Below, one piece after another: positions 25,595 through 35,597 of a stretch of DNA of 61,499 nt. The notes under the pieces are model-generated. The model had not been told where the DNA came from, did no database searches, and saw only the letters and a list, made by a program, of their open reading frames with translations. The translations under genes and the position numbers were made by a program. Each line of letters starts with the position of its first letter. Within the stretch, counting starts at the first letter, position 1. The stretch spans positions 1 through 61,499 of the IMG/VR virus record IMGVR_UViG_3300031215_000016; one strand, written 5' to 3'. The stretch is from a virus (taxonomy: Duplodnaviria; Caudoviricetes).

Positions 25595-25815
25595 GAAACT
25601 ATTTAGTATATTGGACAAATAGGCCCACCTCTCAAGTACTAAAAAACTGTAAGAGCCCACAAAATGCCAGAGAAAAAGCAAAGAAGCTGAACAAAGGAAA
25701 CTATGGGAGCATTACAAGAGTAATACCAACTAACGTCAGAGAAAACACGATAATAAGAGCCGGTAAATGGAAAAACAACGTACCTCCAGGACTGAAAGTG
25801 AACAAAAGGAGCTAG
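25591..25815 (+). CDS. Hypothetical basic protein
   Basis: ATGA-coupled to folE. Confidence 0.6.
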   Translation: MRNYLVYWTNRPTSQVLKNCKSPQNAREKAKKLNKGNYGSITRVIPTNVRENTIIRAGKWKNNVPPGLKVNKRS

Positions 25816-26105
25816 AGCTTTATAATATTTATAAAGAGAGGGTTAAAGTTGCGGCCATGACTGTGATACTTTTAGAAAAGTGGGAAGTACTAAAAACACC
25901 TAAATGGCCCCAAAGAACGCTTAAATATAGGGCTAATTTATTCATCAAAGAGATGGAGAAAGAATTAGCCGAAGCAATAGCCCACTTATACAATACGGAA
26001 GAAGAAATATTTGTAGCCATACAAAACTCTTTTGAAAAGTTACTAGAGAAGGATATAATGGAAATACTCAAAGAATCAAAAGAGTACGACAAATTACCCG
26101 ACTGA
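25767..26105 (+). CDS. Hypothetical protein
   Basis: Last ORF of the + operon; its 3' end overlaps the convergent gene. Confidence 0.6.
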   Translation: MEKQRTSRTESEQKELELYNIYKERVKVAAMTVILLEKWEVLKTPKWPQRTLKYRANLFIKEMEKELAEAIAHLYNTEEEIFVAIQNSFEKLLEKDIMEILKESKEYDKLPD

Positions 26106-27887
26106 CAAGTAAGTAACGTTGATGTTGTATTTGTAACCAAGTGTAGTGTTTGTCAATGCTGGTAATTGAGCTAACAAAAATCCTTGCCCAGAAGCACCAA
26201 TGAGAACGTCTAGCTTAGTTTCAAATCCATTCGCATTACAAGTAGCGCTTAGTTGAGTTTTAAGCGGTTCCCAACCAGAAGGCAAATCAAAAATAGCGTT
26301 GGAAATACTGGTACTGGGGTCAAAAAAGGTACTTACATCGGGGCTGTCTATTTCAAAATCTAAGTTTATCGTCACCAACCTACCAAGTTTGGAAACATAG
26401 CCAGCGAAATCAATGCCTGCTAAGGTGTTTATCTGGTTTATATTTAAAACAATTGGGGCTTTATCCAACTTGCTTATTAACCCGTACTTAGTTTCTAGTG
26501 AGTCGGCCAAAGAATTTAGTGTGGTTATATCAGTAACCACGAAGTTTGACGGGGAGTTAAAGTAACCATCTATTACTACCTCTTTTTGTGGGCCGTCCCC
26601 AAATAGAGGGAGCTTTGTTCCCCCAAGAACGTTGGCTTGCTGTATGTTGATACCAGAAACGTTGTGAAGAATAGAAGGACTATAAATCCTAGACTCATAA
26701 TTATTAGAAACAGGAACGTTAGGCATGTTTATTATAATTCTAACGTAGTTTCTGAACCCAGAACCCTTAGATAAGTCAAAAGAAGAGTTGCAGTATATTT
26801 TTTCTAATATTATGGGGTCTGCTCCTGAGTAATCTATATGAACTGTATCAGCAGAGTTGACAAATATAGCAGCGAACTTAGTAGAAGGCTCGTAATAAGC
26901 AGCGACCTTGTTTATTGAAGATACAGAAGTGGGAGTAAGAGCTGAAACAGTACTTATGTTACCCCCGGGGGTAATTATTGGGTCGGTGGTAATATTTATT
27001 AAGTCGGTCTGGTGTACTTTTTTAGCGTTTCTCCCTGCTATAAGATTGTTGTTTGGCAAAGATTGGTAAACAGAGGAGAGATTGGCTATTGAATTGTCTA
27101 CATAGTCTTCTAAATCTGAATGATTATCGTCTACATACTTTCTAAGAATCGGTATTAAAGTTCTAACACTAACGGGAGCAACAGTACTTAAATCAGCGTA
27201 AAGGTCTCTTACTGCGTCTACTTCATTGTGGATAGTAACCGTGCCATCCATAGAAACAGAAATGATAGCCAGTCTAGCTAGTCTATTGTATTCACCATCT
27301 TCTTTAACAAAGTCAACATCTTTTATCAGTTCTATTTTCGGTTCAGTAAAACCAACAAAATCCATACCCTCTAAGGTGTTGGTAACTAAGGAGCCAGAAG
27401 CAGTAGTGGTATAAGTAATTGAAGCTATCGCATCAGAAACTATTTTCTTAATCCCCGTTTTTAAATCGTACTCAATGCTGGTTGACTTAGCAGAAGATAC
27501 GTATTGAGTGTATTTAGCGGATAACCAAACACCGAAAGTTCTTGAATCTTTATTGAGGGTCGTTAAGTCTATCGGTAAAGACTGCTCTATCGTTTGGGAA
27601 GCCAACCCAATAACTGAGCCTTTAACAAAAATGTTAGAGTCGGCCAAGGAAAGGTCAACGTCCAAAACATTATTTGGGAAGTCCATGGAAGCGGTAAGGG
27701 AAGATATTACCTTGTCTGTGGAATCAAAATTAAAAGTGCCCAAAGAATCACAAAGAGCATCAATGGCGTTCTTAACAATACTTTGAGTAAGGTTTATATC
27801 TGAGTCAGAGTATACTGCTGGTTTTCTCTTATGTACAGACCTCTCTAAAGACTGGCTAAAATCAAAAGGCTTCTTGCTTACGGGCAT
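26094..27887 (-). CDS. Putative tail fibre/baseplate-associated structural protein
   Basis: Beta-rich; C-terminal KLGRLVTINL...IFDLPSGWEP pattern typical of fibre tip domains. Confidence 0.6.
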   Translation of the reverse strand: MPVSKKPFDFSQSLERSVHKRKPAVYSDSDINLTQSIVKNAIDALCDSLGTFNFDSTDKVISSLTASMDFPNNVLDVDLSLADSNIFVKGSVIGLASQTIEQSLPIDLTTLNKDSRTFGVWLSAKYTQYVSSAKSTSIEYDLKTGIKKIVSDAIASITYTTTASGSLVTNTLEGMDFVGFTEPKIELIKDVDFVKEDGEYNRLARLAIISVSMDGTVTIHNEVDAVRDLYADLSTVAPVSVRTLIPILRKYVDDNHSDLEDYVDNSIANLSSVYQSLPNNNLIAGRNAKKVHQTDLINITTDPIITPGGNISTVSALTPTSVSSINKVAAYYEPSTKFAAIFVNSADTVHIDYSGADPIILEKIYCNSSFDLSKGSGFRNYVRIIINMPNVPVSNNYESRIYSPSILHNVSGINIQQANVLGGTKLPLFGDGPQKEVVIDGYFNSPSNFVVTDITTLNSLADSLETKYGLISKLDKAPIVLNINQINTLAGIDFAGYVSKLGRLVTINLDFEIDSPDVSTFFDPSTSISNAIFDLPSGWEPLKTQLSATCNANGFETKLDVLIGASGQGFLLAQLPALTNTTLGYKYNINVTYLSVG

Positions 27888-27888
27888 G

Positions 27889-28434
27889 TTATGGTAAATT
27901 TAAAAATATTACTTTCTTAGGATTAAAAGGCATAATCCAAAAAACCCAACCAAACTTTCTAACGAAAAAGTTAGCGAGTTTCCTGTAGAATTTAGGAACG
28001 TCTGATGCTATAAGGTCTTCTTCAAAAAAATCATTCACTTCTTTTAAGGTAACGTTCCTATTAAACCATATTGCTGGTTGCTTAGTACCGTTTATTTCTT
28101 GAGAAAAGTTTAACTCCATGCAGTTTCTAAGTTCGCCATTAACGTGGAAAAGGGCATCGTGCAAAGCGCTTGCTTGCTCTAGTAGAGAGCGAGGTATAAC
28201 GGCTCTGGCAGGAGCAGGAACAGAAGCGCCATCAAAAACAAAACCTTTTTTGACCCAACATTTAAAATTGTGTTTTTTGTTCTCGTAGAATAAATCCTCT
28301 TCAGTAACAAAAGACACTTTTGGAAGGTGTTTCGGGTTCACCCACTTAGGCAGGTATTCGTACATTCTCAAGAGAATGTGGTTCCTACTGTATGTAGTAA
28401 TCTTGAGACTTTTTACTAATTTATCTTTTCCCAT
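27889..28434 (-). CDS. DUF1353 family protein
   Basis: VKKGFVFDGASVP...ASALHDALF...NDFF...VRKFG. Confidence 0.85.
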   Translation of the reverse strand: MGKDKLVKSLKITTYSRNHILLRMYEYLPKWVNPKHLPKVSFVTEEDLFYENKKHNFKCWVKKGFVFDGASVPAPARAVIPRSLLEQASALHDALFHVNGELRNCMELNFSQEINGTKQPAIWFNRNVTLKEVNDFFEEDLIASDVPKFYRKLANFFVRKFGWVFWIMPFNPKKVIFLNLP

Positions 28435-28461
28435 GGCGTGTGTTTTACGGTCGCTAAAATA

Positions 28462-28983
28462 CTAAATATCGAATAGGTAAACTTTTGGTAAGCCCGGTAT
28501 CTCACAAACATCCATGTGAACCCAAATGATAGGCTTACCCCTAAGATTATTTTCCAGCCTTATAGGGTGCGGTATTTCTTCTGCGTTTTCTAAAAGCCAC
28601 TTTCTGTGCTCAACAGCGGTTTGGTCGGTAACATCATAATCTAAGGCTGCTGCTAAAACGTGCATGCTAATCCAAGCATCTTTATTATCGGCTCTTTCTT
28701 GAACCATGGGGGTGCTAGTATCTCTAAGGCCCCTTTCATCGAAACGCCCACCCCAAAGCCAAGTATTGACTGTAATAGATAGGCCAACATTTAAACGAAT
28801 CCAAAGTAAGTTCTCAAGTAATCTTTTGTCAAATCGGGCAAGCAAATCGTAATCAGAAAAACCAAGACGTAAAACATACTTTTTGTATACCCCTGGACTA
28901 ACAAGTTCTCGAATATCGAAGAGTTCAAGAATACCATCGTAAAGATATTTAATATCTAGCTCGAATATTTGCTGCTTAGTCAT
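28462..28983 (-). CDS. Endolysin, peptidase M15-like zinc peptidase
   Basis: RGLR, SMHVLAAALD (SxHx4AxD-like) and WVHMD zinc ligands; in the lysis position. Confidence 0.85.
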   Translation of the reverse strand: MTKQQIFELDIKYLYDGILELFDIRELVSPGVYKKYVLRLGFSDYDLLARFDKRLLENLLWIRLNVGLSITVNTWLWGGRFDERGLRDTSTPMVQERADNKDAWISMHVLAAALDYDVTDQTAVEHRKWLLENAEEIPHPIRLENNLRGKPIIWVHMDVCEIPGLPKVYLFDI

Positions 28984-29440
28984 CAACGGATTCTTCTTTA
29001 AGTTCGATTAAGATTATGCTCTCTTTGCTGCTATCTATTTTAAACATTTCCCCAGCTTTTACGCTAATGGGCCTATCTCCCTCAGACAAGCTTCCTCTGT
29101 CTGTAGTCAATTCGCCACGTATTACATGAATGTTTCTATCAAAAGGTAAGGACACGGGATGACTTTTGTATTTGTCGCTCATATAACCGATAACTATTTT
29201 TCCATCAGGTCTTATCTTTTTGGGAAACTCAATAGTAAGGTGCATGGCTTCCCCAGTAGTTTCGTCAGGAATCCAGTCATGTGACTCGTCTAAGTCTATG
29301 AACACTTTTTCTCCTTCGGGATTTTTATACATTACTTCCGATATTTTAGACATACTCATGTCATAAGCATCGTTGAATCTTTTTTTGGTGTCTTCGTTAC
29401 CGTTGTTGCTTTTCATAGTTGCATGAATTTTTTGATACAC
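28976..29440 (-). CDS. Hypothetical protein with a cupin-like C-terminus (alternative ATG at 29416)
   Basis: IHVIRGEL...LSEGD..ISVKAGE beta-barrel pattern without metal-binding His residues. Confidence 0.55.
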   Translation of the reverse strand: MYQKIHATMKSNNGNEDTKKRFNDAYDMSMSKISEVMYKNPEGEKVFIDLDESHDWIPDETTGEAMHLTIEFPKKIRPDGKIVIGYMSDKYKSHPVSLPFDRNIHVIRGELTTDRGSLSEGDRPISVKAGEMFKIDSSKESIILIELKEESVDD

Positions 29441-29696
29441 TTTCGACCAGATTATCTATTCTGCTGACTAATTTATCGTCAGCGTCCTTTGAAAGTTCTA
29501 TGGATTTAGTGGCTAAGGTCATAACTTCAATCGCTTTATTGCCCATTTCTTTGTACTCTTCCAGCAATTTCTCATTGCTTTTTTTGAGTTGTTTTTTGTC
29601 GCTTTTTAGCGATAGAATAAAGTAAACTAAAACAGCGAGAGAGAAAAAATAAGCCCCAAAAAACTCTTTTTGCTGCATCAACACATCTTCTATCAT
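29397..29696 (-). CDS. Putative holin-like protein (one TM helix + coiled coil)
   Basis: FFGAYFFSLAVLVYFIL then a charged coiled coil; two genes upstream of the endolysin. Confidence 0.5.
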   Translation of the reverse strand: MIEDVLMQQKEFFGAYFFSLAVLVYFILSLKSDKKQLKKSNEKLLEEYKEMGNKAIEVMTLATKSIELSKDADDKLVSRIDNLVESVSKNSCNYEKQQR

Positions 29697-29733
29697 CTTA
29701 TATTTATATTTATATCTATACGGTATTAAGTTA

Positions 29734-30129
29734 CTAATTATTTTGCAAAGCTATTGCGCTTGCCCAAATTTCATCTAAATCTAAATTCAATTGCTGCTCA
29801 AAACTCATAATTAAGGGGTCATATCTATTAAAAGTATTAGCCGTGTTCCACTTCATTTTAGTTGCAAAGTCACCAGAGCTCTCAACAGCGCTTTCTATGA
29901 TATTGAAGATACCTAGGTCGTTTAAGATTATTTTAACATTGAAAGCTAAGACCTCTATCTTGGAAAACTGCGATTTTGTGAAGTGTAGTTCAAACTTGTC
30001 TATGTCTTTTCTATATACGTGGTAGTCATAGTCTGTACCAATTACAAGACCGTTAGGCAAATTAGGAACCCATTTTGTTCTTTGTTGCCCCCCTACTGTT
30101 TCTGTTATTTTCTTTTTATCTACTATCAT
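29734..30129 (-). CDS. Putative tail fibre assembly/chaperone protein
   Basis: C-terminal W.TA..F.R.DP.I......L.LD.IW..A pattern seen downstream of fibre genes; coupled to the collagen fibre gene. Confidence 0.5.
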   Translation of the reverse strand: MIVDKKKITETVGGQQRTKWVPNLPNGLVIGTDYDYHVYRKDIDKFELHFTKSQFSKIEVLAFNVKIILNDLGIFNIIESAVESSGDFATKMKWNTANTFNRYDPLIMSFEQQLNLDLDEIWASAIALQNN

Positions 30130-31244
30130 GGTATTGATTGTATTAACCCACCATCTACCCGGTAGCCTGTGAATTTTACTCCAGCGCTGGCCTCACCAAA
30201 ACCTATGGCCGTTAGCGCACCTATATCTGTAGCCTTATTAAGCGAAAAAGAGCCAGAATGGGGGGTTTTTATGTACATAGTATCTCCAAAACTACCACGG
30301 GGCCCCGTATGTATTTCATAAGTACCGTAACCATTTCTAAGGCCTGGAGAGTTTTGATTAAGTATTTCGGTGGCCACCCCGCTTACAATTTCTAAAACAA
30401 TGAGCCTTTGATCCCTAATTTCAAACAGCAACCCGTTACTGTTGTCAATTAGAAAACCTATGTACGCATAGCCACCGGCTCCTGCTCTTCCCTGAATAGT
30501 TGCAATTACAGCAATTTCATCAAAAGTAGAAGTATTCAGAGTTATGGGGTAAACATATTGTAAGGGCGCAACACCTGCTGTAAAAGCTTGACCCGTAATG
30601 GGGGCAGCAATGTCTTTACCATAAAATAAACCTGCATTTGGCGGCATGAGCGATACAACAACAGATTCTTCGGCTGATGGAATACTTCCGACAGGGCCTT
30701 GAATGCCCTGTGGGCCTGTGGGGCCTTGTGGCCCTTCAATATCAGTAAGCGGTATTAAGTTTAACCAAGTAACTTCACCAATGTAGCGCCATTGAATGTG
30801 CGTAGCGGTTTTTTGCAGTTCTATTTCTCTACCATCATCACCGTCAGACCCATTAGCACCGGGTAAACCTTGTGGCCCTTCAATATCAGTAAGCGGTATT
30901 AAGTTTAACCAAGTAGCTTCGCCCACGTAACGCCATTGAATGTGCGTAGCGGTTTTTTGCAGTTCTATTTCTCTACCATTAACCACCCCAACACCAGCAA
31001 GCAAAGCTTCTACTTTTTTCATAAAATGAAAAGAGCTATACTCTCCTGGGACTACTTCTTCATCTTCTGGGTTTATTGCGTAGCTCCTACTTAAATCCTT
31101 GAAGGTATCTGTTTCAGATTTTAAATTGACAACTTCATCTCTTACTGCTTCAGTAGCTTCTTTAGCTGCAACAGCAGCAGCGGCAGAAAACGGTGCAGTA
31201 AAATCCCACCTAATAACATTCCCTGTTTGAATTGAAAACTTCAT
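30126..31244 (-). CDS. Tail fibre with collagen-like Gly-X-Y repeats
   Basis: GPQGLPGANGSDGDDG and GPQGPTGPQGIQGPVG; duplicated 37-aa module. Confidence 0.8.
   Translation of the reverse strand: MKFSIQTGNVIRWDFTAPFSAAAAVAAKEATEAVRDEVVNLKSETDTFKDLSRSYAINPEDEEVVPGEYSSFHFMKKVEALLAGVGVVNGREIELQKTATHIQWRYVGEATWLNLIPLTDIEGPQGLPGANGSDGDDGREIELQKTATHIQWRYIGEVTWLNLIPLTDIEGPQGPTGPQGIQGPVGSIPSAEESVVVSLMPPNAGLFYGKDIAAPITGQAFTAGVAPLQYVYPITLNTSTFDEIAVIATIQGRAGAGGYAYIGFLIDNSNGLLFEIRDQRLIVLEIVSGVATEILNQNSPGLRNGYGTYEIHTGPRGSFGDTMYIKTPHSGSFSLNKATDIGALTAIGFGEASAGVKFTGYRVDGGLIQSIP
30724..30979. repeat. 112-nt direct repeat within the tail fibre gene (30724-30835 and 30868-30979)
   Basis: Copies are identical except for 5 mismatches clustered in about 15 nt. 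Confidence 0.9.
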
Positions 31245-31245
31245 A

Positions 31246-31578
31246 TTAAGCTCTTGTTTTAGTAGGTAGTATCTCTAGTATAATTAAGGGGCTGAAAAAC
31301 ACGTCACCGTTTATAAATTCAACTCTTATGTCTGTGTAAAAAGTTCCATGGCCAAGCTTCAAAGTATCTTCTGGGGTAATCTCTAGTGGATAATGTCCAG
31401 CAGAAAAAGTACTAGTGTAACTAAGGACTTTCTTGCTTCCTTTGACTGCGCTATCGTGAACGTCCATGGTGACAATCGGCATGGAAATACCTGGCCCGGG
31501 CTCAATTGGTACAGAGTCTTGCTCCAAAACTAAAAAGTCTTGCCAGAAGCTACCTTCTTTTACACATATCTTATCCAT
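31246..31578 (-). CDS. BppU-like small baseplate/fibre adaptor protein (tentative)
   Basis: LEITPEDT.KL..GTFYTDI.V pattern; lies between fibre genes. Confidence 0.5.
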   Translation of the reverse strand: MDKICVKEGSFWQDFLVLEQDSVPIEPGPGISMPIVTMDVHDSAVKGSKKVLSYTSTFSAGHYPLEITPEDTLKLGHGTFYTDIRVEFINGDVFFSPLIILEILPTKTRA

Positions 31579-31587
31579 TGAGCAAAG

Positions 31588-33306
31588 TTACGATTGTAAA
31601 GGATTACTAAATAAAATCTTGGGGTCAATGTTCATATCTAACAGCTCTAGTTTTTCTGAGTCGGTTAATTTACCATCAATAGTATCCCAGTTTTGAGCGT
31701 TAGGGTTCTTTTTAAGCCTGTCTATTGCCATGGATTGAAAGCTGTTTAGTTTTTGGTTGCCTAAAGCGTTAGATGGGCCAGCAGAAGCGAGGACGTGGTT
31801 CTTAACTTTGATAACATCCATATTGTGTGTTTGGATATAATCGTGGGAAACTGCTATGAAATCATTTACCGAAGTTTCAGACTTGCTATCGCTGTTTGTC
31901 CAAGTATGTTTACCAAAACTGCCGTCTCCTTGCAAATCGTTTAGAGTGTCCCACGGTTTTTGGTGTAATTGGTCATCAACTAGAAAGTTTTTGAAGTATA
32001 GCTCAGAAGTAGTACCTCTAGGTCTAGCAACCATCCTTACCACGTTCCTGCTCATATTTTCAAAAACTATGTTTGTCGCTTCGAGAACTAAGCCACCATT
32101 ATCGTCTTGCCCCCGTTTATCTTTTCTAACGTTGTCGTGAGCTATGGCCAGTCCAAACTTAGCTGTTAAGATGTAGCAATTGTGCATATAAGATTTTGTT
32201 CCTGCGGTCAATTGGGGAGTTCTGTCAACACAGTTCAAATACGCACATTCTATGAAACTTAAATTTTTCCCACCCTTTTCATCGTAGCAGAAATGAATAG
32301 TTCCTTTAGGGTGAGCACCCTTGTGGTGTTTTGGACTAGCTAAGGGCTCTAAGAAAAGGCATCTGTAAAAAGAGATATTACTACCAGTACTTTGTACTAG
32401 TTCGTCAGTAGCTAAACTAAAAGCGCAATTCTTAAAGAGAATGTTGTGACCATTAATCTTTAAACAATCTCTTTCTCCGAATTGAGACCACCCACTCGCT
32501 GTAATAAGGTCTTCGTCTTCATTTAACCAATCGCCTAAGTGAAAAGAAACACTATCAAAGAAAACATGATTTACATGTGCTTTGATTTCTAGCCCAATAA
32601 GATTGACGCCACCAACCATACTAGCATCTACAGTTACGTAGGGATGTTTTATCTTGTGTAGGGTGTAAGGGGTGAAGTGATAATCTCCCGGACTAGTGAA
32701 TATTATTTTTCTTGGCCCCTTAACGTCCAAAGCTTTTAAAAAGCCTTCTGGGGTGTTTACGAGTATCTCCATCGGAGTTACTTTCGCGCTAGATTCTTCT
32801 GTGTAGCCAGAACCACCAAAACAATCAAAACCTCCACCAGAGTAAGTATTTTTAATTAGCGGTAAAGCGTATTTATTCGGGTCAGGTGTGGGTGTAGGTG
32901 TGGGTGTAGGTGTGGGTGTAGGTGTGGGTGTAGGTGTGGGTGTGGGTGTAGGTGTGGGTGTAGGTGTAGGTGTGGGTGTAGGTGTGGGTGTGGGTGTAGG
33001 TGTAGGTGTAGGTGTGGGTGTGGGTGTAGGAGTAGGAGTAGGGTCAGGCTTCGGTTGAAAACTGTCTTTTATTTGCTTAATGCTAGATTTTATTTCTAAT
33101 AATGAAGACTTAAAAAACTCAAGGTCTGAAGCTCTAGCCCTATCCAATAAAGTTAGGCTATTTTCAAAGCTATTTATTTTTTTAGTCAATTCAGATATAG
33201 AAGACGAATTAATCTCTTGTTTCTCGTTAATATCTGATATACCCAGCTTTTCAGACAAGGTATTAAGTTTTATTACTAGCTTTTGAATTTCTAATTCTTG
33301 TGACAT
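31588..33306 (-). CDS. Pectate lyase (PL1)-like beta-helix depolymerase with an N-terminal coiled coil and Pro-Thr linker
   Basis: [28 protein letters not shown] parallel the PL1 motifs GPRIIVF, R.GD, HCS.SW..DE, RNP. Confidence 0.75.
   Translation of the reverse strand: MSQELEIQKLVIKLNTLSEKLGISDINEKQEINSSSISELTKKINSFENSLTLLDRARASDLEFFKSSLLEIKSSIKQIKDSFQPKPDPTPTPTPTPTPTPTPTPTPTPTPTPTPTPTPTPTPTPTPTPTPTPTPTPTPTPDPNKYALPLIKNTYSGGGFDCFGGSGYTEESSAKVTPMEILVNTPEGFLKALDVKGPRKIIFTSPGDYHFTPYTLHKIKHPYVTVDASMVGGVNLIGLEIKAHVNHVFFDSVSFHLGDWLNEDEDLITASGWSQFGERDCLKINGHNILFKNCAFSLATDELVQSTGSNISFYRCLFLEPLASPKHHKGAHPKGTIHFCYDEKGGKNLSFIECAYLNCVDRTPQLTAGTKSYMHNCYILTAKFGLAIAHDNVRKDKRGQDDNGGLVLEATNIVFENMSRNVVRMVARPRGTTSELYFKNFLVDDQLHQKPWDTLNDLQGDGSFGKHTWTNSDSKSETSVNDFIAVSHDYIQTHNMDVIKVKNHVLASAGPSNALGNQKLNSFQSMAIDRLKKNPNAQNWDTIDGKLTDSEKLELLDMNIDPKILFSNPLQS
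32884..33042 (-). repeat. Hexanucleotide tandem repeat encoding (PT)26P
   Basis: 159 nt of CC(T/C)AC(A/T) units between two Asp codons. Confidence 0.95.
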
Positions 33307-33339
33307 TTTTATTTATTTTGTGGTTTGTTTTAATATTAT

Positions 33340-34635
33340 TTATAGTGAACTGCCGTCTACGTTGACCCAATTAGTGCCGTTATAAACAACCAGTTTACTT
33401 AATGATGTGTCAAAAAACAATCTACCGGTAAGCGGAGAAGACGGTCTTTCGCCTGTTGTGCCATCTTGTACTTTGTCTAAGTTTCTAGTATACATAGCTG
33501 AACCACTAGAAACTAAAACTTCACCCTCTGATAAAGCTACATCTGCTGAGTCTTTTTGATTACCATAAAATCTAAATGCTTGTGTGCTGTCTATGGAAAA
33601 CACATTTCTATATACAGAGTCCCGCTTAACTTGGCCCTTAAAAGAACCATCGTAGTGGTCTTGTGAAGTGCTTAGGAACCTAGTAGTGCCTTTTATAGAG
33701 CTTACGTGTGTCGGGTCTTTACCAAAGTTTAAGTATAGCTCGTTCTGAATAGTTACTTCATCTTCAAATCTAGCACCTTGTGTAGATGATAGTTGTAAAA
33801 TTCTAGTGCCATTTGGTCTAAACCCCATAGTGCCACTAAATGTGTGTAAGTCCATCCCCAATGTCCCAGCAGTTATTTTACCTCCTCTATTCCCTAAACT
33901 GTCAGCGACTAAACTAAGTTGTGTAGTAAATCCACGTATTGTGACGTTTGTTGTGGCTGGGGATTCCCCCTCAGCTATTGTTGTGTCACCGAGCACAACA
34001 AACAATGTTTTCTCTCCATTGTATTCTGTTGTATCAACTATTTTGATTGTTTGATAAGATGTGCCTTGAGCTAGTACGGCAGAATTTAAACCATAATCAA
34101 CGGATTTCATTTTAGAACCATCTGAAACTAAGATTTGGTTAGCCAGCAACTCTGTACCTAAAGCGTCTTTTGCGTTTTCAGTAAACATGTAATTGCCAGA
34201 TTCGTCCATCTCAAAGACAGTTACCCCAGCTTTTTTTACACGAAAAACACCAACACCTTCTTCTGAAATAGAATACGTTGCACCCAGAAAAATGCCATTG
34301 TTGAATACGGGAGCAAACGTAGTGGTATTCCCTTCGTTTAGCACTTCTTGTAGAGTACTTTTGCCAGAAGCATTGTCTATTAAGGGAGTCCAAGAAGAAC
34401 CGCCCCATAAGTAAAAAAGACTGTCTTTCTTTTGATAAACAACTGCGCTGTCTTTTAGATATGACGGCAAGAGAAAGGTGTCAGTCAAAACATGAAAGCC
34501 ACCCTTAACATACTTTTGAGTAGTTATTGGGAAAGGCCCTGTAGGGGCCAAAGAACCATCACTGATAACCTTTACTTGCGAGAACAAAGGAGTAGACACA
34601 AGGACTAAAAATAAAAATAAAACACTTTTTTTCAT
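33340..34635 (-). CDS. Fibre-like protein with an N-terminal Sec-type signal peptide
   Basis: MKKSVLFLFLVLVSTPLFS-Q leader; TLQEVLNEGNTT and C-terminal GTTGERPS...G..FFDT.L.K...YNG..W fibre motifs. Confidence 0.65.
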   Translation of the reverse strand: MKKSVLFLFLVLVSTPLFSQVKVISDGSLAPTGPFPITTQKYVKGGFHVLTDTFLLPSYLKDSAVVYQKKDSLFYLWGGSSWTPLIDNASGKSTLQEVLNEGNTTTFAPVFNNGIFLGATYSISEEGVGVFRVKKAGVTVFEMDESGNYMFTENAKDALGTELLANQILVSDGSKMKSVDYGLNSAVLAQGTSYQTIKIVDTTEYNGEKTLFVVLGDTTIAEGESPATTNVTIRGFTTQLSLVADSLGNRGGKITAGTLGMDLHTFSGTMGFRPNGTRILQLSSTQGARFEDEVTIQNELYLNFGKDPTHVSSIKGTTRFLSTSQDHYDGSFKGQVKRDSVYRNVFSIDSTQAFRFYGNQKDSADVALSEGEVLVSSGSAMYTRNLDKVQDGTTGERPSSPLTGRLFFDTSLSKLVVYNGTNWVNVDGSSL

Positions 34636-35597
34636 TACGGTATAAATTCAAATGTGGAACTGGTTGAAAATTGATTGTTACTAACGTATATTTTGTAGCT
34701 TTCTGATTCCCCGTTAACGTTAATAACGTTTCTGGTAGTTTCAGTAAAAGCCGATATAGAATTAAAGCCGTTAACCTTTATTTCAGATAATGAACCATGA
34801 CTGTTTGGGTAAGCGAAGTAATAATATTGATTTCCAGAAGGAGTATCTGTAACTGTTTTTTCTTCGCTTTCTACTAATTCCCCAGAGCCAGAAGTCAGGT
34901 CTGAGTCTGTAGGGGAGTCTGTATTAGCGAACCCAAAATATCTTTTGTAGGCAACTCTTATGGATTGTATTGAGCTAAATATTGTGTTTCCGTTGGCATC
35001 GAGGACAGAAGCTCTGTACTGTAGAGAGGTAGAAGTGGTTGGCGTTATAGACCCTATGCTCTGCGTCAAAGGAGAAATAATTGATTGGCTCGAAGCTATC
35101 GGGTTGTTACCACCGCTAACATCAATTATGCTTAGCGTGTCAGGCGCAACATTTCCCACGTTACTGAAAGACCAAGAGAAGTCTCTATCTCCCTCAATCA
35201 AATCTCCAACTTCAAAAAGTTTAGAGCCACTAAAATTAAAACTAGAGAATGACGGGGCAACATATCCAAGAAAAGCAGCGGTTAGAAATTCAATAGCTGT
35301 GAGACCTTCAACGTCTGTGCCGGCACTTAATAATCCAGCATCAATTGTCAGTACGCTCCCAACGCCAAAAACGGCTTCGGCTGCATTAGCGCTCCCCAAA
35401 GACCACGAAAAAACTTGATTCCCAACCCTAACAAAGAATTTTTTATCTGCTTTATTTAAAAGTATTTGCCTATCGTACAAGTCAGTATTAGACCAACCAC
35501 CCAAAGAAGGGTCTTCGTTAGGCGGTATAGTACCAACCGCTCCTGGAACAGTAGTTTCTTTAAAGAGGAATGAAGCATTAATTCGAGTCATCGTCAA
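34635..35597 (-). CDS. Tail fibre/baseplate-associated protein with Ig-like beta domains
   Basis: N-terminal W..TDLY....LN.AD.K.F attachment-type motif; YYYFAYP...YKIY C-terminal beta sandwich. Confidence 0.6.
   Translation of the reverse strand: MTMTRINASFLFKETTVPGAVGTIPPNEDPSLGGWSNTDLYDRQILLNKADKKFFVRVGNQVFSWSLGSANAAEAVFGVGSVLTIDAGLLSAGTDVEGLTAIEFLTAAFLGYVAPSFSSFNFSGSKLFEVGDLIEGDRDFSWSFSNVGNVAPDTLSIIDVSGGNNPIASSQSIISPLTQSIGSITPTTSTSLQYRASVLDANGNTIFSSIQSIRVAYKRYFGFANTDSPTDSDLTSGSGELVESEEKTVTDTPSGNQYYYFAYPNSHGSLSEIKVNGFNSISAFTETTRNVINVNGESESYKIYVSNNQFSTSSTFEFIP

Noticed and set aside
30724-30979. Possible diversity-generating retroelement TR/VR pair
   Set aside because: Both copies are in-frame in one gene, mismatches are not confined to adenines of one copy, and no reverse transcriptase is in the window.
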